From positions 1 to 39,069 of the forward strand of contig JBDUAX010000001.1 of the NCBI GenBank assembly GCA_040004455.1: 39,069 nt of DNA. Reading direction: 5' to 3'. A program made the position numbers and the translations under genes. The DNA comes from Gemmatimonadaceae bacterium (GTDB lineage Bacteria; Gemmatimonadota; Gemmatimonadetes; Gemmatimonadales; Gemmatimonadaceae). Positions within the stretch are counted from its first letter, which is position 1, and each line of letters opens with the position of its first letter. The notes beneath the pieces were generated by a model, which had not been told where the DNA came from, made no database searches, and worked only from the letters and a program-made list of their open reading frames with translations. Positions 1-7,314 of the stretch are shown one piece after another.

Positions 1-1
1 T

Positions 2-1057
2 GCGGGCGGTCGGGCCCGACTCATCTTGTGCGGCTCCGCTATCGCCATGATGCGTAAGCTCACCGACGGCCAGGCGCCGCTTCGAGGGCGAGCGGGCCTT
101 GAATTGGTGATGCACCCGTTTGACTATCGCGAAGCGGCGAGTACGCTCGGCAAAGAACCCGATCTAACACTCGCCGCCCGCGTCTTCGCCGTTATTGGAG
201 GTGTCGTCGGATACGCCACCGATATGGTTGATGGCGACTTACCACGCACCCTTGACGACTTCCCAAGGTGGATCGCCGAGCGTGTGTTGTCCCCCGCGGC
301 CACCCTGCACCACGAAGCCACGACCCTCCTCGCGGAGGACCCGACCCTTACCGCCGCGAGCCAGACGCTCCATCGAAGCATTCTTGGTGTAATCGCAAAT
401 GGTGCAGTCACGGCTGGAACTATCGCCAACCAGCTCCGCCGCCAAGTGTCAAATCTCGACCCGGCGCTCAAGCGCCTCGTTGCCGCCGGCTTCGTCATCC
501 GCCACGAGGACCCCGTGCGGGCGCGGCGGCCCCTGTACGCCCTCGGCGACTCGTTTCTGCAGTTCCACTACGCAGTGCTCGAGCCTCACGCGACGGCCCT
601 CCGGGAGCGCAACCCACGCGCCACATGGGACCGCCGGCTCGCAGCCGTCTTTGACGCCCGCGTCCGCGGACCCGTTTTCGAGGAACAAGCACGAACGTGG
701 GTGCGCCGGTTTGCCACGCCGGAAACCTTGGGCGGCGATCCGGACCACGTCGGTCCGTCCAGCGCCATCATTGGCGGCGTCGAGCATGAGCTGGACGTAC
801 TGGTCGCCGCCGACCGTGGCGGTGCCGAACCTGCCAACCGCCCCGTGCTCGCCATTGGGGAGGTGAAATCGGGCGAGACCGTAGGCGCGGGACATCTGCA
901 CCACCTCGAGCAAGCGCGCTCAGCGCTCGGACCGAACGCCGCAAGCGCTCGCCTCCTGTTCTTCGCACCCGCATTCACGGCGGACCTCAAGCGTCTGGCC
1001 GCTGCCCGCGCCGACATCGAGCTGGTGGGACTCGAACGACTCTACGGCGGCGAGTAA
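2..1057 (+). CDS. AAA+ ATP-binding protein with winged-helix and C-terminal DUF234/PD-(D/E)xK-like domain (5' truncated by window edge)
   Basis: The frame is open from base 2 (AGGRARLILCGSAIAMM). It has the LILCGS..MM and L.GR..L.L...PF motifs of the archaeal-type ATPase family, an HTH-like segment (TIANQLRRQVSNLDPALKRLVAAGFV), the DSFLQFHY motif and C-terminal ELDVL...IGEVK. Walker A lies outside the window. Confidence 0.8.
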   Translation, partial: AGGRARLILCGSAIAMMRKLTDGQAPLRGRAGLELVMHPFDYREAASTLGKEPDLTLAARVFAVIGGVVGYATDMVDGDLPRTLDDFPRWIAERVLSPAATLHHEATTLLAEDPTLTAASQTLHRSILGVIANGAVTAGTIANQLRRQVSNLDPALKRLVAAGFVIRHEDPVRARRPLYALGDSFLQFHYAVLEPHATALRERNPRATWDRRLAAVFDARVRGPVFEEQARTWVRRFATPETLGGDPDHVGPSSAIIGGVEHELDVLVAADRGGAEPANRPVLAIGEVKSGETVGAGHLHHLEQARSALGPNAASARLLFFAPAFTADLKRLAAARADIELVGLERLYGGE

Positions 1058-1136
1058 GCAGTCCAATGGAGTCGCTGGAAGGGACGTATCTCCTTGGAGA
1101 GCTTGGTGTTACGTGGAGGGCTTAGACGTGCTGGGG

Positions 1137-1187
1137 TCCCTCCTCAGTTCAATTCACCTCCCTCCTCAGTTCAATTTGCCTCCCTCC
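1137..1187. repeat. 22-bp tandem repeat, about 2.3 copies (TCCCTCCTCAGTTCAATT core)
   Basis: TCCCTCCTCAGTTCAATT occurs at 1137-1154 and 1159-1176, with a partial third copy TCCCTCC at 1181-1187. Confidence 0.9.
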
Positions 1188-1427
1188 GCGGTTCGATTCG
1201 TGTTGCTCGTCGATTGCGGTCGTCGTGGGTAGCCGGCACGGCCCATCGCCCTCGGATTCGGGTCTCGTAATTCCGATATGCCAAGCGTACCTGGAAAGAC
1301 AGCAGCGGGATGCATGCCGGCACTCGGCGTCCCTAGCGGTGAAGCTAAAAGCGAAGAAGGGCCGTTCCGGAATGTTGGGGGCACTGTCGCGCCGTGCATA
1401 CCTTCGTCGGGCGGGCGTACTCGGCGC

Positions 1428-1892
1428 TCAGTTTTTGGTCGACACGAGGTGAACGGCTCGGAGCGCGTCGACCAAGCCCAAACAAGTCTCCGACGTGTCG
1501 ACTAACGAGTTGGCTTGCCTGGCGGCACTGACAACAGCCGACAGTTGCGTCGGCGACATCATCTGCAACGATGCGACGAGCTTCTTGCCGTTTTTGATAG
1601 ACAGGCGCAGGAACTTTCGGTTGTTCGCGTTCTGGAGCACGTCCTCGACCATAGAAGGCAGCGCCAGTACGTCTGCCACCATGCCAGGGAACCAGACACA
1701 AGCTGCATGTGCAATGGCCAGTGCAGCTGGTACGGTGAAGTTCATGGCGAGGAGGTGCTGCTCCATCAACCAACCGAAGTTCGTCTGGCCGTGCGTGGCG
1801 TCCGGACGGGCCGGAAGGCCGCGCAGCGCCTGAACCAGGTCAAACATGTCCTTTGAAGTGAAGGCGCAAGCGGGAATCGAGCGGATAGTCAT
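1428..1892 (-). CDS. hypothetical protein (154 aa)
   Basis: The ORF from ATG 1892 (MTIRSIPACAF...) has ordinary globular composition, unlike the Arg/Ser-rich upstream extension to 2138. No family recognised. Confidence 0.55.
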   Translation of the reverse strand: MTIRSIPACAFTSKDMFDLVQALRGLPARPDATHGQTNFGWLMEQHLLAMNFTVPAALAIAHAACVWFPGMVADVLALPSMVEDVLQNANNRKFLRLSIKNGKKLVASLQMMSPTQLSAVVSAARQANSLVDTSETCLGLVDALRAVHLVSTKN

Positions 1893-2270
1893 AAGAAAGG
1901 GGGAGAAGTGCCGCGGCGGTTCCGCGTGTCTGAGCGCCCGATTGGGCGTTCGTGCAGAGCTTAGGGCGGAGGCGCGTGGTGCGCCGCTGGCGCAAAGAAT
2001 CGTTGAGCGTTGGCTCAATTTCACGCACGTCCATTTTCGTTGTCCTGCGCGACGAGCCATCCTGGTTGCTTGCTGATCGCTACCCACCAACCTGCGCGAC
2101 CCAGTGCGTTGAAAGCGTACGTCAGCGACGCGGGGCATATCCCCCAGTGACAGTCGCCCCGTATTGCCGTCTCCGCTCGCTCCTTAAAAGTGCGACACTG
2201 ACAGAGCCAGCATCGCTTGGATACAGCAGGATGGTTGGCGACAATCTCCTCACTTTGAGGTCTTCGAATG

Positions 2271-2306
2271 GCAAACGGCCCCACCGAATCCGGTGGGGCC
2301 GTTTGC
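2271..2306 (-). terminator. perfect 16-bp hairpin, probable terminator of the 2325-2636 gene
   Basis: GCAAACGGCCCCACCG-aatc-CGGTGGGGCCGTTTGC lies 18 nt downstream of the minus-strand stop at 2325. The U-tract is weak. Confidence 0.6.
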
Positions 2307-2324
2307 GCAGCGAGGTTCGGCGGT

Positions 2325-2636
2325 CTAGAACGACTCGCCACACCCCCGGCAGTACGTGTGGCGCGGATGGCCGCCGTGCCCGCAGTGGCGGCAGACGCGC
2401 ACCGCGCACTTCCCGCGGTTGCCGTGCGTTTCTTTGGTCGGGCGTTCGGCGCGGATGATCCCTGCCGCTTCGCGGGCGATCCAGAGGCGGTGCAGGCGAT
2501 CCGTCCGAATATCGAGGAGCGCCGCGTAAGCCGGCGCTTTCCGGTAGTTCACAAAGAACGTGCGTTTCGACATTGCTGCCGCCGCGAGGAAGTCGCGCAG
2601 CGAGCAATGGGTCAGGGGGATTCTGTCTTGGATCAT
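2325..2636 (-). CDS. small putative DNA-binding protein (HTH-like N-terminus, C-terminal CxxC...CxxC zinc ribbon), 103 aa
   Basis: ATG at 2636. SLRDFLAAAAMSKRTFF resembles an AlpA/Xis-type HTH, the C-terminus is CRHCGHGGHPRHTYCRGCGESF, and a strong hairpin follows. Confidence 0.6.
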   Translation of the reverse strand: MIQDRIPLTHCSLRDFLAAAAMSKRTFFVNYRKAPAYAALLDIRTDRLHRLWIAREAAGIIRAERPTKETHGNRGKCAVRVCRHCGHGGHPRHTYCRGCGESF

Positions 2637-3186
2637 GGGGTTGGGGTCGGGGTGAAGCCCCGCCGGATTGGCGAGACCCCCCGAGCGTAGGGCGGGCACG
2701 GTACGCGGACCGGTCCGCACAGCATTTCAGCCGAAAGGGTGCATCGCTGCTGCTAAACGAATGCCGTGATTGAACGACCTGCGATCTGATCACGCCGAAG
2801 CCCGAATCATCATGACTAGGTCCGAAGCCTGATCCCGCCTCGGTGAGTCAGTTGGTGCGCGACGAGCGATGGTATCCCGTTTGTGAGCTGTCTGTCTGTC
2901 CGAACACCTATCGAAGGGTCACGACAGGGCATTGACGGTGGCGTCAATTCATCAAGTCAGTGCGCATTTCGGACCATTTATGCCGCCGTCTGCAATTGGA
3001 GTCCCAGGAAGACAAGCCAAACCTGACGGCCTCCCCTACGCTCTCTCCGGAGTCGCTAGGTGACTTCCGCGCTGCGTGCCACGACCGGTGCTCGGGTGAT
3101 GGAAAGCAAAGCTTTCGATAGCTCAACGATCAGCATGGCCGTCCGCATCACGCGTCCTTCTCACTTCACCGAGGTTCGTTTTTCTG

Positions 3187-3651
3187 ATGGCAAATTCTTG
3201 TGAGCACGTGATGGAAATCGTGGGTCCGGCCGCCGATCGCGACAAGGTCGTCTATGCCGTGTGCCTGGAGGAATCGCCGGGCCTCATTGATCGTGAGGGC
3301 CGGTTGACGACGCTGGAGCGGTTGGCTGACTTCCCGTGGAAGAATCGGTACCACGACGACGGCACGACCCTGTGGGTGTACTGGGACGTGTTGCGGAGGG
3401 GTCCGAACCTCTGGTGGTGTGAGCGGTTGTCACGCGCCTTTCCTGCCATCACCGTGCGGGTCCAGTATCTCTACGAGAACGACCTGGGCTCAGGGCGCCT
3501 GGGTTGGAAAGCCGGCGAGGTCATCGAAGACGTGGATCTGATCACCGATCCATCGGCATTCGAACGGGTCACCGACGAGTTCTACGATCTGATGCAAAAG
3601 ACGTACACGCCGCAGGACGCCGGAACGAATGACCCGCTGGAGCGGGTGTGA
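3187..3651 (+). CDS. hypothetical protein, YubB/DUF1281 ferredoxin-like fold candidate (paralogue 1)
   Basis: GAGGT RBS upstream. The MxNxC..M.I.G start and the P....LSRAFP.I.V...Y.YE....G motif resemble DUF1281/YubB-like proteins of mobile elements. Clear paralogue at 4038-4436. Confidence 0.75.
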   Translation: MANSCEHVMEIVGPAADRDKVVYAVCLEESPGLIDREGRLTTLERLADFPWKNRYHDDGTTLWVYWDVLRRGPNLWWCERLSRAFPAITVRVQYLYENDLGSGRLGWKAGEVIEDVDLITDPSAFERVTDEFYDLMQKTYTPQDAGTNDPLERV

Positions 3652-4037
3652 ACAGCGTGCGCGCGCTTCTTCCGATTCTTCGCTTTGGCCATACGCCGAC
3701 GTGCTTCACTGGGATTGTCGGAGATCGTTGATTCGAATCCAAGCGCTCCGCTGATATCGGGGTTGATGCTGTGAGTTTTCAACGACGTCCATCGGTCTTC
3801 GCCGATGGGCGTCGTTCGCAATGAGCCAGTGCCAAGGTCAAATCACATTGATTGCGCTTATTGGCGATGCTGCCTCCCCGGCCAACAGCAGCAAAACAGG
3901 AACGAGCGGCGCAAAGCTCCCTGCTCCCCCTAACCTCTGGGAAGGACACTGAATCGATGTTCCGCCGGACTTCGATCATCACGCATAGCCACTCGCTTGA
4001 TCCGTTTCTTCCCCAACCCGAGGTTCGAATGTTACCG

Positions 4038-4436
4038 ATGTCAAATTCTCATCAGATGGTGCTTGAAGTCGCCGGTTCGGGCTATGATCGTGAGACAATC
4101 ATGGAAATTGCCTTGGTGGAAGACTCGATGGGTATCTTTGATCTGGAAGGCTACCAAGCGCCGTTGCACACGATGACCCGGTTCCGGCAGAAGATCCGCC
4201 CCGTCGATGATGGTGCCAGCGTGTGGGTGTATTGGGAAACATTGCAGGTGGGTCCCAGCATTGAATGGTGTGCGCGACTCTCGCGCGCCTTCCCCTTCGT
4301 CACGGTGCGCCTCCGGTATCTATACGAAAAAGACGTCAGCTCGGGACGCTTGTGCTGGCAGGACGGTCACCAGATCGAAAACGACGAAGTGCTCTCGGAA
4401 GGCGGAGCCGTCGGCGCGTTTGCCGATCAGTCCTAA
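4038..4436 (+). CDS. hypothetical protein, YubB/DUF1281-like (paralogue 2; C-terminus probably shortened by a nonsense change)
   Basis: ATG 4038 (MSNSHQMVLEVAG) aligns with MANSCEHVMEIVG. The two share WVYW, GP, WC.RLSRAFP..TVR..YLYE.D..SGRL.W and the same upstream CCGAGGTTCG. Confidence 0.75.
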   Translation: MSNSHQMVLEVAGSGYDRETIMEIALVEDSMGIFDLEGYQAPLHTMTRFRQKIRPVDDGASVWVYWETLQVGPSIEWCARLSRAFPFVTVRLRYLYEKDVSSGRLCWQDGHQIENDEVLSEGGAVGAFADQS

Positions 4437-4554
4437 GAAACGGTGGAAGGCACGCAGGAAGCTGTGAACGGATGAGCGATACCGTGCCAGACGTATCCCC
4501 CGCGGGATGGATACGTCTCAATAACGCTCGTTCTGGCCTGCGCGACGCGATTGG

Positions 4555-4600
4555 CTGCTTCGGGAGCAGGAGGTCGCTGGTTCGAATCCAGTCGCCCCGA
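4555..4600 (+). mobile_element. att site: 3' half of tRNA-Pro(CGG), probable attR of a tRNA-integrated genomic island
   Basis: Contains CTGC-TTCGGGA-GCAG (anticodon arm, CGG), AGGTC, GCTGG-TTCGAAT-CCAGT (T arm) and CGCCCCG-A (acceptor 3' strand). There is no matching 5' acceptor strand or D arm upstream. Confidence 0.85.
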
Positions 4601-4650
4601 TTGAATAGCCTGTTGATGCAGTAAGAGTGAAAAACACGGACACAGACGAA

Positions 4651-4686
4651 GAAACGCCCAGCGAGCAATCGGTGGGCGTCTTTTTT
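4651..4686 (+). terminator. Rho-independent terminator
   Basis: Stem ACGCCCA.CGA-gcaa-TCG.TGGGCGT followed by C-T6, about 50 nt downstream of the tRNA fragment. Confidence 0.8.
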
Positions 4687-4687
4687 G

Positions 4688-4710
4688 TAGTAAGCCATAT
4701 AGTAAGCCAT
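4688..4710. repeat. 11-bp direct repeat TAGTAAGCCAT x2 (possible integrase arm-type sites)
   Basis: Exact copies at 4688-4698 and 4700-4710, about 90 bp from the att core. The function is inferred. Confidence 0.6.
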
Positions 4711-5162
4711 TGGATTGTCGATTCGTCCGCTCACCAACGAGTTCGACATCACGACTAGTACAAGCTCGGCTTTTTTGGGGGGCTGGCGGAGACTCGACTT
4801 TTGGTCTCGAACCCAGCTGTCACCGAAGGCGTTTTTGGATTGCGAGAGCACTGAGAGCGTCGGTGCAATGGCGCCGACGAGCGGTCGTCCTTGCAGGAAG
4901 GTGCCAATTGCTAAACACCGGGAGCAAGTTCGCAGCTACCGCGCTTCCCGCTCCAAGCGCAATCTCTTTTCTGTAGCGCCGCGCAAACTGATTGTCGTAT
5001 CGCCAAGCGGCAAACTCTGGCCGGAGCGGTTTTCCGATGTGGACAAGCTCCGTTCCGTCGGCAAGCTGCGCCGGGCCGACGTTCTCTGTTGCGCGATGAT
5101 CCAGCCAAACAAACAGCCCAAGAGTGCCTTTTAATTCAAGTCAGAATTGCACCACAGCTGTT

Positions 5163-5815
5163 TCAGGTTCGGGGTGCTACCTCGAACGCTCTCACGCGCC
5201 GCTCGAGTAACCGCCGCACCGCAGCGTTTTGCGCGCCACTTAGCGCCAACTCACAGTGACGTATCGCGATCTCGGTGTGTCCAGCACGACGATGCAAATC
5301 GCTCAGCACGGCGGCCCACGTATAAGCATCACTCAGCCAGGTCGGCGCCTCGAATCCGTTCAACAGCTGTAATCCGATTGTCGCTCCGCGCCATTCCGAC
5401 ATTGCGACGGCACGGTTCAATCGGTGCAACGGCGCAGGGGCAATCTGCTCAAGGGTTGCGTATGCCGATTCTATTCTTTCCCAGCAGGTGTCTTGGAATG
5501 TCGGGGCCCGACAATGTTTGGCCGCGATGCCGGCGTCTGCGTGATACCGTGAGTAGACATCGCCGCGCGCAGACCTCGCCAACCGGGACAATCGCGGCCG
5601 AATCTATTGTTGATCCCAACGCTCCCGGTCCTGGTCTTCCAGCAGCAGGAGGCAGCCGCTGCTATCCATGCGCGCACAATCGAGCGACATGCAAATGCAC
5701 CAGCGCCCGGAGCGCAAACCTTTCCGGATTGTCTCCGACGGGATGTCCGGTCAACAGTGTGCCAAGACGTATCGCCTCGTCGCACAGATCGCGGCGGATG
5801 GCATAGTCGGCGGAC
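5163..5815 (-). pseudogene. C-terminal remnant of an ECF sigma-70 factor with long TPR-like extension (ECF42/DUF6596 type)
   Basis: Reconstructed as AIRRDLCDEAIRLGTLLTGHPVGDNPE.FAL.AL.HLH.AR / frameshift near 5670 / GCLLLLEDQDRERWDQQ*(5604-5606) / YHADAGIAAKHC...LHRLNRAVA. The sigma regions 2 and 4 are absent. Confidence 0.8.
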
Positions 5816-6035
5816 GCAAATCACCTGCGCTTTTGAGTAACGCCTTCGCACCGTCAACACCCTCGCCTCGACACACAACAATCAGCGCCGCAAGCATCGG
5901 CACGAATGCCATGAGTGCGCCGAGTGGGAGTATCGGGAAGCCGGGCAAACGAAGACCAAACGCACCCAACACGTAAAATGGTACCGACAGCCCAATCACC
6001 CAGAAAAAGAACCGCCGCAACGGCGCGGTTATCAC
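5810..6035 (-). pseudogene. N-terminal remnant of a membrane protein, probably CPBP/Abi (CAAX) intramembrane metalloprotease
   Basis: The GTG start overlaps the stop of the upstream gene (GTGA). Two TM segments (FFFWVIGLSVPFYVLG; LPLGALMAFVPMLAALIVV..EG..G...LL) are typical of CPBP N-termini. It then runs straight into the sigma remnant. Confidence 0.55.
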
Positions 6036-7135
6036 ACCAGCACCTGCTGCACAGGCCGGCATAGCGATTGTGGCATCCGAGGTCCGCGACCGAACCGAAC
6101 GACGAGATCGGGTCGGCGCCCTGCGACACCGAGGTACGTGGCGAATTGCGACCGCACCGCTGGCATTTCCACCGGCTGATTGAGAAAGGCGTTGCGAATG
6201 CCCAATGCTGTCGCTTGCAGTGCGAAACGTTCATAGCTGCGTCCCACCTCGATCCAGTGAGCATGGTCCGCGACCTCCGCGATGAACACCGCAACACCCG
6301 CCGAGTTGCGCACTTGTTTTGCGTACTTGTCGTTTTCGCTCTTCGTTCGAAAGAACATTTTGAAGCCCGCTCTCCCTAACCACGACGGAACGGCTGGATT
6401 GCCGGTGGTGGTTGAGTGCAAGCCGTCGTTGGTTCGCATAGCCTCGCGGGCATTGAATCGGATCCACTCTTTCAGTTCATGGACGAATGCGCCATCGTCC
6501 ATTTGTGCGGTATTGGCTTGCACAACAAATTCGAGAACGTTCTCGAGATCGGCCGCTTGCGTGAACAGCATCATTTGCACGCCGGTTCCGGCACCGGCGG
6601 CCTCCAGCATTCGCAGTTCCTCCGCAGAAATTGATCTTCCGTCGTAGTCAGCCCGCGTGCACTGGCGCTCGGGGATAGCCTGAAACAAGGGTGTCGTAAC
6701 GGGCTTCGTCGCCAGAAGGGAAATTCGGACGCCACCCTCCGCGGACGAGAGAACGGCAGCCTCGCTGTGCAAACCATTGGCCAGTGCGGCTTGTGCCAGG
6801 TTTTCCGCGGCGCAGCCCAGCGAAACGAACAGGTGATGGTCATCCGGATCAACGGCGGGGCATCGGCGTGCGAAATCCGGCACAACGGAAATGGCGTCAC
6901 CTTCAATCCGAAACTTCCAGCATTGCGTGTTGTGACTTGACGGAGCGAGCGTCGCGTACCGCACCAGTTCACGCTGGACCGCCACCGAATCATCCAGCTT
7001 GCCGTTTGTGTGCCGCCAGGTGGTCCGCACTGCTGCGAGATACTTTTCGTCATCTGGCCCGGCCGAGCAGGACGGTAGCACGACCAGCGCGCCCGCTGCC
7101 GCAACGGAGCACGTGAATTCTCTTCGAGTAACCAC
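6032..7135 (-). CDS. Acg-family FMN-binding nitroreductase-like protein with Tat signal
   Basis: GAGGTG RBS; TRREF twin-arginine motif with LPSC lipobox-like end; RYATLAPSSHNTQCWKF, SLGCAAENL, GRSYERFALQATALG and NQPVE motifs. Confidence 0.85.
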   Translation of the reverse strand: MVTRREFTCSVAAAGALVVLPSCSAGPDDEKYLAAVRTTWRHTNGKLDDSVAVQRELVRYATLAPSSHNTQCWKFRIEGDAISVVPDFARRCPAVDPDDHHLFVSLGCAAENLAQAALANGLHSEAAVLSSAEGGVRISLLATKPVTTPLFQAIPERQCTRADYDGRSISAEELRMLEAAGAGTGVQMMLFTQAADLENVLEFVVQANTAQMDDGAFVHELKEWIRFNAREAMRTNDGLHSTTTGNPAVPSWLGRAGFKMFFRTKSENDKYAKQVRNSAGVAVFIAEVADHAHWIEVGRSYERFALQATALGIRNAFLNQPVEMPAVRSQFATYLGVAGRRPDLVVRFGRGPRMPQSLCRPVQQVLV

Positions 7136-7174
7136 AACACACCTCAGTTGTGCGAACCGCTGCCGTGATGACGG

Positions 7175-7249
7175 TTAGCGCCGCAGTAAATACGCGACAA
7201 GGGTGAGCACAAGAATTACCAGTACACCAACGACGTACTGGCTTCGCAT
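7175..7249 (-). CDS. putative 24-aa single-TM small protein (MRSQYVVGVLVILVLTLVAYLLRR)
   Basis: ATG 7249 to TAA 7175. It has an uninterrupted hydrophobic helix ending in RR and is co-oriented between the USP and Acg genes. The RBS is weak. Confidence 0.5.
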   Translation of the reverse strand: MRSQYVVGVLVILVLTLVAYLLRR

Positions 7250-7314
7250 GGGCTTGTCGATACCAGGTCTCAGTTCTTCCAAAGGGCGCACCGTTCGGTG
7301 TGAGGTCGCCGCAC

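Noticed and set aside
1137-1187. CRISPR array
   Set aside because: Only about 2 repeats separated by 4 nt, with no spacers and no cas genes.
2931-2948. Palindrome ATTGACG-N4-CGTCAAT as an FNR box
   Set aside because: The spacing is 2 nt longer than TTGAT-N4-ATCAA and it is a single occurrence. It may be an operator but cannot be assigned.
3775-3822. Integron attC site between the paralogous genes
   Set aside because: Too short, lacks a GTTRRRY core and extrahelical bases, and no similar site follows the second gene.
4525-4602. Intact tRNA-Pro gene
   Set aside because: No 5' acceptor strand complementary to CGCCCCG and no D arm; only the 3' half is present.
4715-5134. 139-aa plus-strand ORF after the att site (possible integrase remnant)
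   Set aside because: TTG start without an RBS, Ser/Arg-rich composition, and no tyrosine-recombinase motifs recognisable in the frames I read.
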